DNA from: Candidatus Daviesbacteria bacterium | GTDB lineage: Bacteria; Patescibacteriota; Microgenomatia; Daviesbacterales; UBA10151 | NCBI GenBank assembly: GCA_030648435.1 | Contig: JAUSHE010000004.1 | Coordinates: forward strand, 1-35,280 | Direction of reading: 5' to 3' | Length of the DNA stretch: 35,280 nt | In this document: piece after piece, positions 8,369 through 16,482 of the stretch | Position numbering within the stretch: position 1 is the first letter of the stretch | Layout: each line of letters starts with the position of its first letter | Translations under genes and position numbers: made by a program | Notes under the pieces: model-generated | What the model saw: only the letters and a program-made list of their open reading frames with translations | The model's database searches: none | Told to the model about the DNA's origin: nothing

Positions 8369-11300
8369 TTATAAAACCATTTTATCGAATAACCAATTAG
8401 CCCATGTCCGCCCATCTCTTGCTTTAACCGTTTGCTCTATATTAGATATCATCTCTCTACCCTCTATGTTGGTATAGTGTTCTCCTGCTTTAACTAATCT
8501 ATCTTCAAAAAATGGATCTCTAAGAACTTTGTAAATATGAGCCACATCAGGATAGGCTGCTGCTCCACCTCCAGGACCTTCATCCAAAAGCCACTCCACA
8601 TAATTATCCCAAAATCTTTCCGCGATATGCCTGGAGCTACCTGTATTCTTTTCTTTTTCTAAGGCAATAGCTGGATTAAATCTGCCATTCGGTAAAAAGA
8701 CATCTGTCTTATCCAAAAGTAATGCTCCTCCGGCACTCCTGTTATCGGAATACATAGTCCTGATTACCTTTAATGTCTCCCATGCCCTGCCAAAAGACTC
8801 CAATAAAGCATAAAAGGCTTCGTTTTCATGATTAGGCATTTGGCGGAATTCTGGAAACTTCTCCCTTAGCCGCGCCAATTGATCAGCATTATTGGTTGGC
8901 TTCGTAAACAATCCTTCGTGGTGCACTCCTGTTTTAGGATCTGTTCCTCCAACCAAAGCAAACCATAAGGCAGTACTACTATCTACCATATTAACGAATT
9001 TAGTGATCGCAAACTGACTCATTATTCTTTGGCCGGTCAATTCGTTAATATTGTCACACATCATTGAAACCGCTCCCGTTACACCTCTGCGGCCCAGATT
9101 CCTGGCCATACTGTCAAGATACATAGGAGTAGCCCCTAATGCAGCGGAAAATCTTCTGGCCCATCTCTTGGGCATTTTTGCAGCAGATGCAGCAGCGTGA
9201 ACAGCGAACCTGACATCACCACCCTGGTCTTCCTTATAATAACCAGTATCCATATGTTCCGCATTACCGTCTCTTGGCAAAAACCTTTGCCTGATAGCAG
9301 CCTTCACATAAACAGAGCCCATAAAAGATTCTTCAACTGCCGCATCAAAAACAATACCCTCTAAGCTCATTTGCTCACCGGGGAATCCTTTAACCCTGCG
9401 CAAAGTAGGATCAAGGGTCAAAAGTAAACCGGCAAAAATATCCGCGTCTTCAGACCGTATTTGTCCATCCCTGACCTGCCTGGCTTGTCTAAAAACATAT
9501 TCAGGTATTAAGGTATGAGTGTTATTGCTTTGATAAGCCCAATAAGTATGGGTCGTATGGAAAGCTAAATCACTTTCGACAGCAGTTGGAAAATCCAAAT
9601 TAACTTCTTCAACAAAAACAAAACTAGTAGGTCGACCTTCACCATCATTACGCTCTGTGATAGTATAACCTTCTTGATAAAAATAAGGGGAACGAATGCT
9701 AAGATCAATACGTCTGCGCTGTTCCACAACCTGCCCGTTTCTTACGATATCAGCAGGCTTGTTGTAAAAAATAGCTTGACCTAATTCATCGAAATCACCC
9801 TCACTTAAACCAATAGGGTGATTGTCTTGGTTGTAACCAAAAATAGGCTTGCCGTCGTTACCGAAAGCAATAACCGGCTGACCCAGTTGCGTGTAGCCGA
9901 AGACATGCGGTCTTTTTAACTTCATCACGCTGGTGCTTATTGGTGTTGGTTTATTGTCTGGATTTTTAAGCTTACCTGTTTTATCATCAAAGTAATCCAA
10001 ATACTTAGCATCAAACTCATCATGAAATAATTTGGCCTCATATCCCTTAGCCGAAATTTGCTCAACTGCCATATCATCAACGGCATGTTGGACCATAGCT
10101 GCCCGATAACGGGCTCGGAAATTAGGGACATAGTCTGGATTAGGTCTGCCTTGAGGAAAATTTCGATCAGGAGACAGAAACGGCTTTAATTTTTTGGCAA
10201 ATTCCGGTTTTTCCCAAACCTTTGCACCATCCCCATACTGAATTCTTACCCAGTTTACAGCAGCCATACCAAATTCCTCGGCCAAATGAGTAGGCATATG
10301 ATCTTTAAAATTGTCCCGCTGTTCGGGAGTTAATCCGTCGTATAACTGCCGTTCGTAGGGGAGAAGTTCATCTACTTTTGTACCTTTTGCAATCTCATCC
10401 AAAACCCAACCAATGTGTTGTTTTTTGGTAAGCTGAGTTCTTCTTTCCTCTAGGGTCCATTTGCTAATATCTTTGTCTTTGGCTTTTGTAACTTTTTGAT
10501 GCTCTTGCCGAAATATTTTATATGCTCTAACGTATTCATTCCTGGTGATAAAAAGCATTCCACCACCCCTGATTGTCCCTTCATGAGTAGCCCCCTCCAT
10601 TTGCAGAGTAATCTCAAAGGCAGCTTGCGAATCGGTATAAGCATCTGTGTAAAGCTTTTTATATAACCTCTTTTCTTTTTCCCCAATTCTTCCTAAATCC
10701 ACCAATCTGTCAATTGCCTTATCAAGCAAATCCTCACCTTTCTTTAAAACAATCGTTTTCCGATATCTAACCGACTCCCTAACCTTATCCATTGAATCCT
10801 GAATCATGCCTAATCTGACAGATGCCTGTAATTTCTTAGGCAGCTTCTGAACATCTAACCCTTTTTTAATCACATATTCCTGATAATTGTTCCGGTGAGC
10901 ATCACCTTTATCAAAACCTTCATATAAACTCTTCATCTCCTCCGCTGCTTGGTGCATGCCTATCCGTTCCCTGTTGGTTCGCAGGTGAGCTTTAGCATTT
11001 ATATAGTAGTCTCTATCCTCATCCGTTAAGCTGTTGAAATTATTCCTATTTCTTTCCAGATACTCCTCAATCTGCTCCAGACGTTGTGCCCGGAGTTGGC
11101 GCAATTTAGCATCTATACCTATTGGTACATCCCGACGATCATAGTCTTTCAAAACCACTCCCATACCTCTCTCTATCTGCATTTGATGAACGATTCTCCT
11201 AAATTCTTCCTGTGCAGGGGTATAACCACCTAACTGCCCTCTTGAGCCTTGAGCATTAATTGCTAATTCTTCAACCGCGGAATAATCATAATTCCAGGTA

Positions 11301-12853
11301 TGGAACCCTACCCCTGCTTCCACGCCTGAACGTAGAGTCCTTGTCCATCTTTGCGGGCCTTCGTGTAATGCCATGGTAGTTGCACCTGATTTACCATTTT
11401 CCTTGTTGTAATTCTCATACTGGTAAAAGGTGTACCAAAGGAAAGCCCGTCCTTCAAATTCCTGTCTAATTTCTTCGGCAAAACCGGTAGTCATTTTATC
11501 AGGTCCATCATCCATTCCTTCTTGCTCTTCTGCTAACCTGGTAGCCCGTCCGCTTAGCACTTTTTTGAAATTTATGAGGTTTTGCATTAAGTCATCAGGG
11601 GCATAACCTAAGGCATGATTTCTAACCATCTGCATAAATGTTTCCATGGCAATACGGAATTCTCTTGGGTTATTTGCGGTAATAACGTAGTAATCAGGAT
11701 AACCGCCATACGGCTGCCAATAAGTCTCTTTTTTATTTCCTGCATCTTCTCCACGAGGAGGGCGCCACTCTCCATCCTCAGGAGTCCACACTCTGCCATT
11801 GAATTCCCGCTCTAGTCTTGACCTTGCAATTTTAAGGTAAGGTTCCCATACTCCAAATAACTCACGAATTTCGGAATCTTCTTCTATTTGAGATAAATAC
11901 TCACTTTCTGCAGTGCTATAAGCTCCAGCAACTTCTTGATCTGCGTATCTTCTAATTCGATCAGGGGGAGGTTCGCCAGACTTATAAGCTAGATATATAG
12001 AATTTAAAATTTCATCTACCCCCTTTAAAAGCTCTTTTCCTTTTGCCTTCCTAAAATATTTCAATAACGCCGCCTTAGTTTCAGGTAAGTCTGCTACAGC
12101 TTTGTTCATCGTCGCCTCATCTGGAGAAAAAATATTGTTGTAGCTAGTAATTAATACCCTTAAGGGAGCAACACCAGTAAGATCCTCTGGAGTAGGAAGT
12201 GCTTCTAGTTCTGGTTTCACACCACGGTCAATCCTCTTTTGGTACGCCCTTCTTATAGCATCCATGAAAGACTCACCCTCCCTAGTCTCAACCTGATGCT
12301 CTTTTTTAAGATCCAAAGGAGCTTCTTTGTTTCTATCTTCCTGCAGCCACTCTACGTATTCTTTGAATTTTCTATATAACTCATTTAATATTGGACGATT
12401 TTCAGCTTTATACCGAACTTCATAAGGTAGTTCCGTTTCCGTGTAAAGAATCTGTTCTACCAACCATCTACCCCTTTCCGGGCTGGTTAACCATTCCGGG
12501 TGATTATTTGACTCTGGTCCATTTGGACCTCCTCCGCCCCTATTTTCTCTATCACCATCTCCACCCATTCCTCCTCCTGGTGGAGTTGAACCTTGAGGAG
12601 GAATGTCAACACCTTGAGCTGCTATGACTCCGGAGGGGAGGACACCAACATCAGGTGCCCTAGGTTGGTTTCCAATGTCTCTTAGAATTCTTTCAGCCTC
12701 GGTAACGGCGTTCTGTGTATCTGAGGGTGAAAATGTCTCCCCTTCAGGAGATTGAACTGGTGTTTGCGACCCAGTTCCTGCTTCTGCTGTTCCTGTTTCT
12801 GTCATAATTTTTTCCCTTCGACTTCGCTCAGGGTTGTAACTTTCTTGTGCCAT
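8369..12853 (-). CDS. Very large hypothetical protein (1494 aa), charged, with a disordered N-terminus
   Basis: Long open frame; no signal peptide, TM segment or motif recognised. Confidence 0.85.
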   Translation of the reverse strand: MAQESYNPERSRREKIMTETGTAEAGTGSQTPVQSPEGETFSPSDTQNAVTEAERILRDIGNQPRAPDVGVLPSGVIAAQGVDIPPQGSTPPGGGMGGDGDRENRGGGGPNGPESNNHPEWLTSPERGRWLVEQILYTETELPYEVRYKAENRPILNELYRKFKEYVEWLQEDRNKEAPLDLKKEHQVETREGESFMDAIRRAYQKRIDRGVKPELEALPTPEDLTGVAPLRVLITSYNNIFSPDEATMNKAVADLPETKAALLKYFRKAKGKELLKGVDEILNSIYLAYKSGEPPPDRIRRYADQEVAGAYSTAESEYLSQIEEDSEIRELFGVWEPYLKIARSRLEREFNGRVWTPEDGEWRPPRGEDAGNKKETYWQPYGGYPDYYVITANNPREFRIAMETFMQMVRNHALGYAPDDLMQNLINFKKVLSGRATRLAEEQEGMDDGPDKMTTGFAEEIRQEFEGRAFLWYTFYQYENYNKENGKSGATTMALHEGPQRWTRTLRSGVEAGVGFHTWNYDYSAVEELAINAQGSRGQLGGYTPAQEEFRRIVHQMQIERGMGVVLKDYDRRDVPIGIDAKLRQLRAQRLEQIEEYLERNRNNFNSLTDEDRDYYINAKAHLRTNRERIGMHQAAEEMKSLYEGFDKGDAHRNNYQEYVIKKGLDVQKLPKKLQASVRLGMIQDSMDKVRESVRYRKTIVLKKGEDLLDKAIDRLVDLGRIGEKEKRLYKKLYTDAYTDSQAAFEITLQMEGATHEGTIRGGGMLFITRNEYVRAYKIFRQEHQKVTKAKDKDISKWTLEERRTQLTKKQHIGWVLDEIAKGTKVDELLPYERQLYDGLTPEQRDNFKDHMPTHLAEEFGMAAVNWVRIQYGDGAKVWEKPEFAKKLKPFLSPDRNFPQGRPNPDYVPNFRARYRAAMVQHAVDDMAVEQISAKGYEAKLFHDEFDAKYLDYFDDKTGKLKNPDNKPTPISTSVMKLKRPHVFGYTQLGQPVIAFGNDGKPIFGYNQDNHPIGLSEGDFDELGQAIFYNKPADIVRNGQVVEQRRRIDLSIRSPYFYQEGYTITERNDGEGRPTSFVFVEEVNLDFPTAVESDLAFHTTHTYWAYQSNNTHTLIPEYVFRQARQVRDGQIRSEDADIFAGLLLTLDPTLRRVKGFPGEQMSLEGIVFDAAVEESFMGSVYVKAAIRQRFLPRDGNAEHMDTGYYKEDQGGDVRFAVHAAASAAKMPKRWARRFSAALGATPMYLDSMARNLGRRGVTGAVSMMCDNINELTGQRIMSQFAITKFVNMVDSSTALWFALVGGTDPKTGVHHEGLFTKPTNNADQLARLREKFPEFRQMPNHENEAFYALLESFGRAWETLKVIRTMYSDNRSAGGALLLDKTDVFLPNGRFNPAIALEKEKNTGSSRHIAERFWDNYVEWLLDEGPGGGAAAYPDVAHIYKVLRDPFFEDRLVKAGEHYTNIEGREMISNIEQTVKARDGRTWANWLFDKMVL

Positions 12854-12874
12854 AGTTTTGTATAAGATAAGTTT

Positions 12875-13025
12875 TCCAAAACCTATGGACTGCTTCCCTT
12901 CGATAAACTCAGGGTTATAACCAGTTTATGGCTTTGGTTAACTTACTGTCAACTACGTTCAGTTTTCATGAACGTAGTCAACTTCCTTTCTCTGGCAAGT
13001 TTATACCGAGCGATAGCGAGGTGCT
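12875..13025. repeat. ~150-bp direct repeat, copy 1 (promoter + hairpin + REP-like units)
   Basis: Near-identical to 13871-14021 (offset 996). Minus strand has TTGACA-18nt-TAAACT; stem actacgttca/tgaacgtagt. Confidence 0.97.
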
Positions 13026-13095
13026 TGATTTAATTCTGATAAAATCCTGATACGTTTAGTTTCATAAACGTATCCTGACGAGAGGGAGTCTAAAA

Positions 13096-13518
13096 TTACT
13101 TAACTAATTCTTCTAATAGTTCTTGGGGCGTTATAACCTTAAGCGGTTTAACCAATTTTCTAATATCCGGTTTTAGTAAATGTTTCTTGTCTAAAGTTAC
13201 TAAGAAATCACATTTGGTTAACTTTGCTCCTGCTATCACATGTACATCTTTTTCAACTACCGTACTTTTATACGGTTTCGCTTCAGCCAAGGAGATTCTT
13301 TTCCTTATCAAAATTGAATTATCATGCATGAATTGCCTAATTTCTTTAGCGCTTTTCCGTATCTTGACTGAGTTATCCTCCACCTCTTCAATAACTGTCC
13401 GTGAAGTAATGCCAATAATTGCTTTTAATTTTATAAATTGGACCAGTTTAAATGATCCGCCAGTTGGAGAAAGTAGCGCTGGAATTATAACTGAGGCATC
13501 AAGGAATACTTTAATCAC
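13096..13518 (-). CDS. PIN-domain toxin (PIN_3-like)
   Basis: KVFLDASVIIPALLSPTGGS..EKDVHVIAGA..DFLVTLDKKHLL. Confidence 0.92.
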   Translation of the reverse strand: MIKVFLDASVIIPALLSPTGGSFKLVQFIKLKAIIGITSRTVIEEVEDNSVKIRKSAKEIRQFMHDNSILIRKRISLAEAKPYKSTVVEKDVHVIAGAKLTKCDFLVTLDKKHLLKPDIRKLVKPLKVITPQELLEELVK

Positions 13519-13798
13519 TTTTTAAAGATTTAAGCTTCAAATCTATTTTCCGGCTCAACTTTTTGGTTAGTCTGTCTGCCTTCAACCACTGCTCTATTTC
13601 AACATCACTAAAAGTTCTGTACGGAACATTTTCTTCAGGTGCCTCTATAATTAACTTATTACCCACTTTTTCTGCTTTCACTATTCCGCCTTCTTTCAAA
13701 CCAAGCTCATCTCTCCATTCTTTCGGAATTGTAACCATACCCTTACCAAGGATTCTTAAATATTCTTGCGGAGATTCATTGGTTAATACTTGTTTCAT
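13511..13798 (-). CDS. AbrB/MazE/SpoVT-family antitoxin
   Basis: KGMVTIPKEWRDELGLKEGG. Upstream are TTGACA-17nt-TACAAT and the palindrome TTTACAATGTAAA over the -10. Confidence 0.9.
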   Translation of the reverse strand: MKQVLTNESPQEYLRILGKGMVTIPKEWRDELGLKEGGIVKAEKVGNKLIIEAPEENVPYRTFSDVEIEQWLKADRLTKKLSRKIDLKLKSLKSD

Positions 13799-13870
13799 AA
13801 GTTTAAATTTCTAACTTTTTACATTGTAAACTAACTCGGTGTTCCTGTCAATAACAAGAAAGGCTGTAGC

Positions 13871-14021
13871 TCCAAAACCTATGGACTGCTTCCCTTCGAT
13901 AAACTCAGGGTTATAACCAGTTTAGGGCTTTGGCTAACTTGCTGTCAACTACGTTCAGTTTTCATGAACGTAGTCAACTTCCTTTCTCTGGCAAGTTTAT
14001 ACTGAGTGCAACTGAGGTGCT
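13871..14021. repeat. ~150-bp direct repeat, copy 2
   Basis: Four substitutions against copy 1 over the first ~136 bp, then a short diverged patch and a shared gaggtgct. Confidence 0.97.
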
Positions 14022-14063
14022 CACCTCAGAGTCGAAGACCTGACGGGAATGAGATCGATTTTT

Positions 14064-14492
14064 CTAATCAACACTTCTCAGATATTGCAGGAAACTTGCG
14101 GGGGTCATTACCGCTATATTAAAATCTTTCTTAATTTTATCTGTTTTGAAATGTCTGATGTTATAGGAAATAAGAAAGCTTGCTTTGGACTTACTTGCCC
14201 CTGCTATGATATGCGCATCATCAGGATCAATTGTATACTCAGAATAGTTTAATTCAATTTCTTCTAATTTTTCCTTGATAAACACCTTTTTAAATCTTTT
14301 CTGAAAAAGCTTCTCGAGTTTAGCCTGATCAATCTTTAATCTATCAGCAACCCCTATTAACTCCTTTTGAGAGATATTTGAAATAAAAAACTCAAGACCG
14401 CGGGCTTGATTAAGTAAAAAGTAAGCAGCCCCCAAGGAGGAAATTAACGAAGAGACAATCACATCCGAATCAACAAATACCTTTTTAAACAT
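14064..14492 (-). CDS. PIN-domain toxin (PIN_3-like)
   Basis: KVFVDSDVIVSSLISSLGA..DPDDAHIIAGA..FLISYNIRHF. Confidence 0.92.
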   Translation of the reverse strand: MFKKVFVDSDVIVSSLISSLGAAYFLLNQARGLEFFISNISQKELIGVADRLKIDQAKLEKLFQKRFKKVFIKEKLEEIELNYSEYTIDPDDAHIIAGASKSKASFLISYNIRHFKTDKIKKDFNIAVMTPASFLQYLRSVD

Positions 14493-14756
14493 TTAGACAT
14501 TTTTCAACTTAGACCTGGTTTTTTTAATTGCTGATTGTATTTGGGGAATGTTTCTTAAATCTTCTTTTTCTGCCAAATATAAGTCATAATCCAGCCCTGT
14601 AAAAACAAAGGCTATGGAGCTTGCCGGAATACGATAAACCTTGCCGATCTTTTTAGCAATTATTTCACCCCTTTGGATTAAATCGTAAATTGTATTTTTA
14701 CTCAGTTGCAGGATATCAGCTACCTGCTCTGGGGTATATACCCTAGTACTAATCAT
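14493..14756 (-). CDS. Excisionase-like HTH_17 DNA-binding protein, probable antitoxin
   Basis: YTPEQVADILQLSKNTIYDLIQRGEIIAKKIGKVYRI; abuts the PIN gene. TTGACA-17nt-TACAAA ends 6 nt before the ATG. Confidence 0.85.
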   Translation of the reverse strand: MISTRVYTPEQVADILQLSKNTIYDLIQRGEIIAKKIGKVYRIPASSIAFVFTGLDYDLYLAEKEDLRNIPQIQSAIKKTRSKLKNV

Positions 14757-14802
14757 GGTTATTTTGTACTAAATATTACTAAACTTGTCAATAGGCAACA
14801 GA

Positions 14803-16152
14803 CTAACATTCTCTAATGGCAGGGCACTTGGGACATTTTTGTCCGTGCCTTACTATACACCAAATATATTCCCTACAAGCCCCACATCTAATACAAAAAT
14901 CTTCGTCTTTGAGCTCTGTAAGCGTAACCGTGCTTGGCATAATTACACCGCCGGATTCTGCCCCTAAACTGCTTCCCCTTAATATTCTGGCAGCCATACT
15001 AGCTGGACAACCTGCCCGACTTATCAAAAATGCAATTTCCGGTCCGAAATTATCTGAATTTTGAAGGAACGGATTATGAATTATTTTTACTTTGTATATG
15101 TTAGAAAAACTTTCCCGAATTGTAGGGTTTTTTCTTAAATGTTCTCCTGCCAAACTTAATACTGTACGTTCTATCTCTTTTGTAACCCTCTCTTGGATAT
15201 TTCTATCACCTAGCTGGTAGATTCTTCCCATAATAAACTCTCTAAGGTTAGAAATTAACTCTTCCTCCTTTTGATCAAATAACAACAACTCATCAAACTT
15301 TCTGATCTCTTCCCTTGTTTGTTCAATCGACCTTATTTCCGGAGGGCCTTCTTTTTGTAAAAGTCTGATATTTTCTCTCCCGCGAACTGCCAGTATTTTG
15401 TCTAAAACATACTCAAAAGGGTTAGTATCTGCTCTAAGTAAAGCAGGATTTCTGACTATATTTGCTAATCTTTCCTGCTCATTTTCACCTTTTAATACTT
15501 CTTCTGAAACTCCTAAACTTCTCATAACTGCTGTTGATTGGGCTTGATCTAAATCTGTAATCAGAGTCAAACCCTGTAAAATACCCTTCTGGTTTTTCCA
15601 GAAAATCATTGTTTCTGTGTTAAGGTGATTATGGCCTCGGCCGTATTGATCTACATAACCGCTCCAGCCATCAGGGCTCATTATTACAGCAAAAGAATTA
15701 AGGTCAGCCGCAAGTAGAAAAGATTCAATTATTCTTGATGCTTGCAGTACTGAGCCTTTGCGCTCCTGAGAGGAAATTGCATCAATTACTGGCCGCCCAT
15801 TATTCCCAACCATTCTTAAAACGCCGTCAACAACATCAAACCTATTTTTGTGAGGGAGAACTGTCTTGGATTTTATAAACTCCACATTATAAGTTCTGAT
15901 ATTAACTTCCAGTTCATCTGTGGCAAAATTTAACGCTTCAACCAAATTCTTGCCGGAAGCTAAAGCAAAATTTAAATCATTACCAAAACGGTCCATTTCC
16001 AACCCTAAAAGGAAACCAGTCTCTTCTGTTAAAACAGAATCCCGTCCCAATCCCGGGTACATATCAACTCTTTTGAGAGTCTGTATAGTAGAAATTTCGG
16101 CAGAATGGATTGGAGTTGGTAGATAACCTCTTTCGAGTTCTTGAATTGGCAT
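14803..16152 (-). CDS. Hypothetical protein (449 aa) with a Cys-rich C-terminal metal-binding-like tail
   Basis: Ends FCIRCGACREYIWCIVRHGQKCPKCPAIREC; AGGAG shortly before the ATG. Confidence 0.85.
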   Translation of the reverse strand: MPIQELERGYLPTPIHSAEISTIQTLKRVDMYPGLGRDSVLTEETGFLLGLEMDRFGNDLNFALASGKNLVEALNFATDELEVNIRTYNVEFIKSKTVLPHKNRFDVVDGVLRMVGNNGRPVIDAISSQERKGSVLQASRIIESFLLAADLNSFAVIMSPDGWSGYVDQYGRGHNHLNTETMIFWKNQKGILQGLTLITDLDQAQSTAVMRSLGVSEEVLKGENEQERLANIVRNPALLRADTNPFEYVLDKILAVRGRENIRLLQKEGPPEIRSIEQTREEIRKFDELLLFDQKEEELISNLREFIMGRIYQLGDRNIQERVTKEIERTVLSLAGEHLRKNPTIRESFSNIYKVKIIHNPFLQNSDNFGPEIAFLISRAGCPASMAARILRGSSLGAESGGVIMPSTVTLTELKDEDFCIRCGACREYIWCIVRHGQKCPKCPAIREC

Positions 16153-16157
16153 ATTGC

Positions 16158-16340
16158 TCCTGCACGGGACCCTTCGACTACGCTCAGGGTAAATTGTGGT
16201 CGGTCTTCTGACTCTTCGACTCGCTTCACTCGCTCAGAGCTATAGCTTGTCAAATCACAGCTGCGGCACAGTCTCTGAATTACACAGAGTTCCCAATCGT
16301 ACCTTTATCCGACATAACGCCGGAGTGATACACCACATTT
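16158..16340 (-). ncRNA. Cobalamin-riboswitch-like leader RNA
   Basis: Minus strand: TGTGGT ... GGGAA CTCTG-TGTAATT-CAGAG ACTGTGCCGCAGCTGTGA ... GAGTCAGAAGACCGACCACA (B12-box-like, closes the basal stem), then hairpin TCC-CGTGCA-GGA over the SD. Confidence 0.8.
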
Positions 16341-16343
16341 TTA

Positions 16344-16371
16344 ATAATAGCAGGAAACCAGTTTAAGTCAA
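16344..16371 (-). promoter_or_regulatory. Promoter driving the riboswitch leader
   Basis: TTGACT, 16-nt spacer ending TGC, TATTAT, about 6 nt upstream of the basal stem. Confidence 0.65.
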
Positions 16372-16482
16372 TATACTAAATGTTGTATTTAACATAGTTA
16401 CATACAGACTGCCTCAGATTGCGCTTAAATGACCTATTTTGTACCCCTAGACTATAGTTTTTTCACGAGGTAAGCTTCATTT

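Noticed and set aside
13075-13095. CTGACGA resembling a hammerhead ribozyme core
   Set aside because: The required GAAA after stem II is absent (TAAA) and stems I and III cannot be built.
12875-14021. 150-bp repeats as CRISPR, attC sites or IS ends
   Set aside because: Only two direct copies 1 kb apart, no spacers or cas genes, TAAC..GTTA spacing too short for attC, and no integrase or transposase.
14493-14756. HTH_17 gene as a prophage or ICE excisionase
   Set aside because: No integrase nearby; it is directly coupled to a PIN toxin like an antitoxin.
16029-16253. 74-aa minus-strand ORF overlapping the leader
   Set aside because: It is a translation of REP-like hairpins and riboswitch sequence, overlapping the real gene out of frame.
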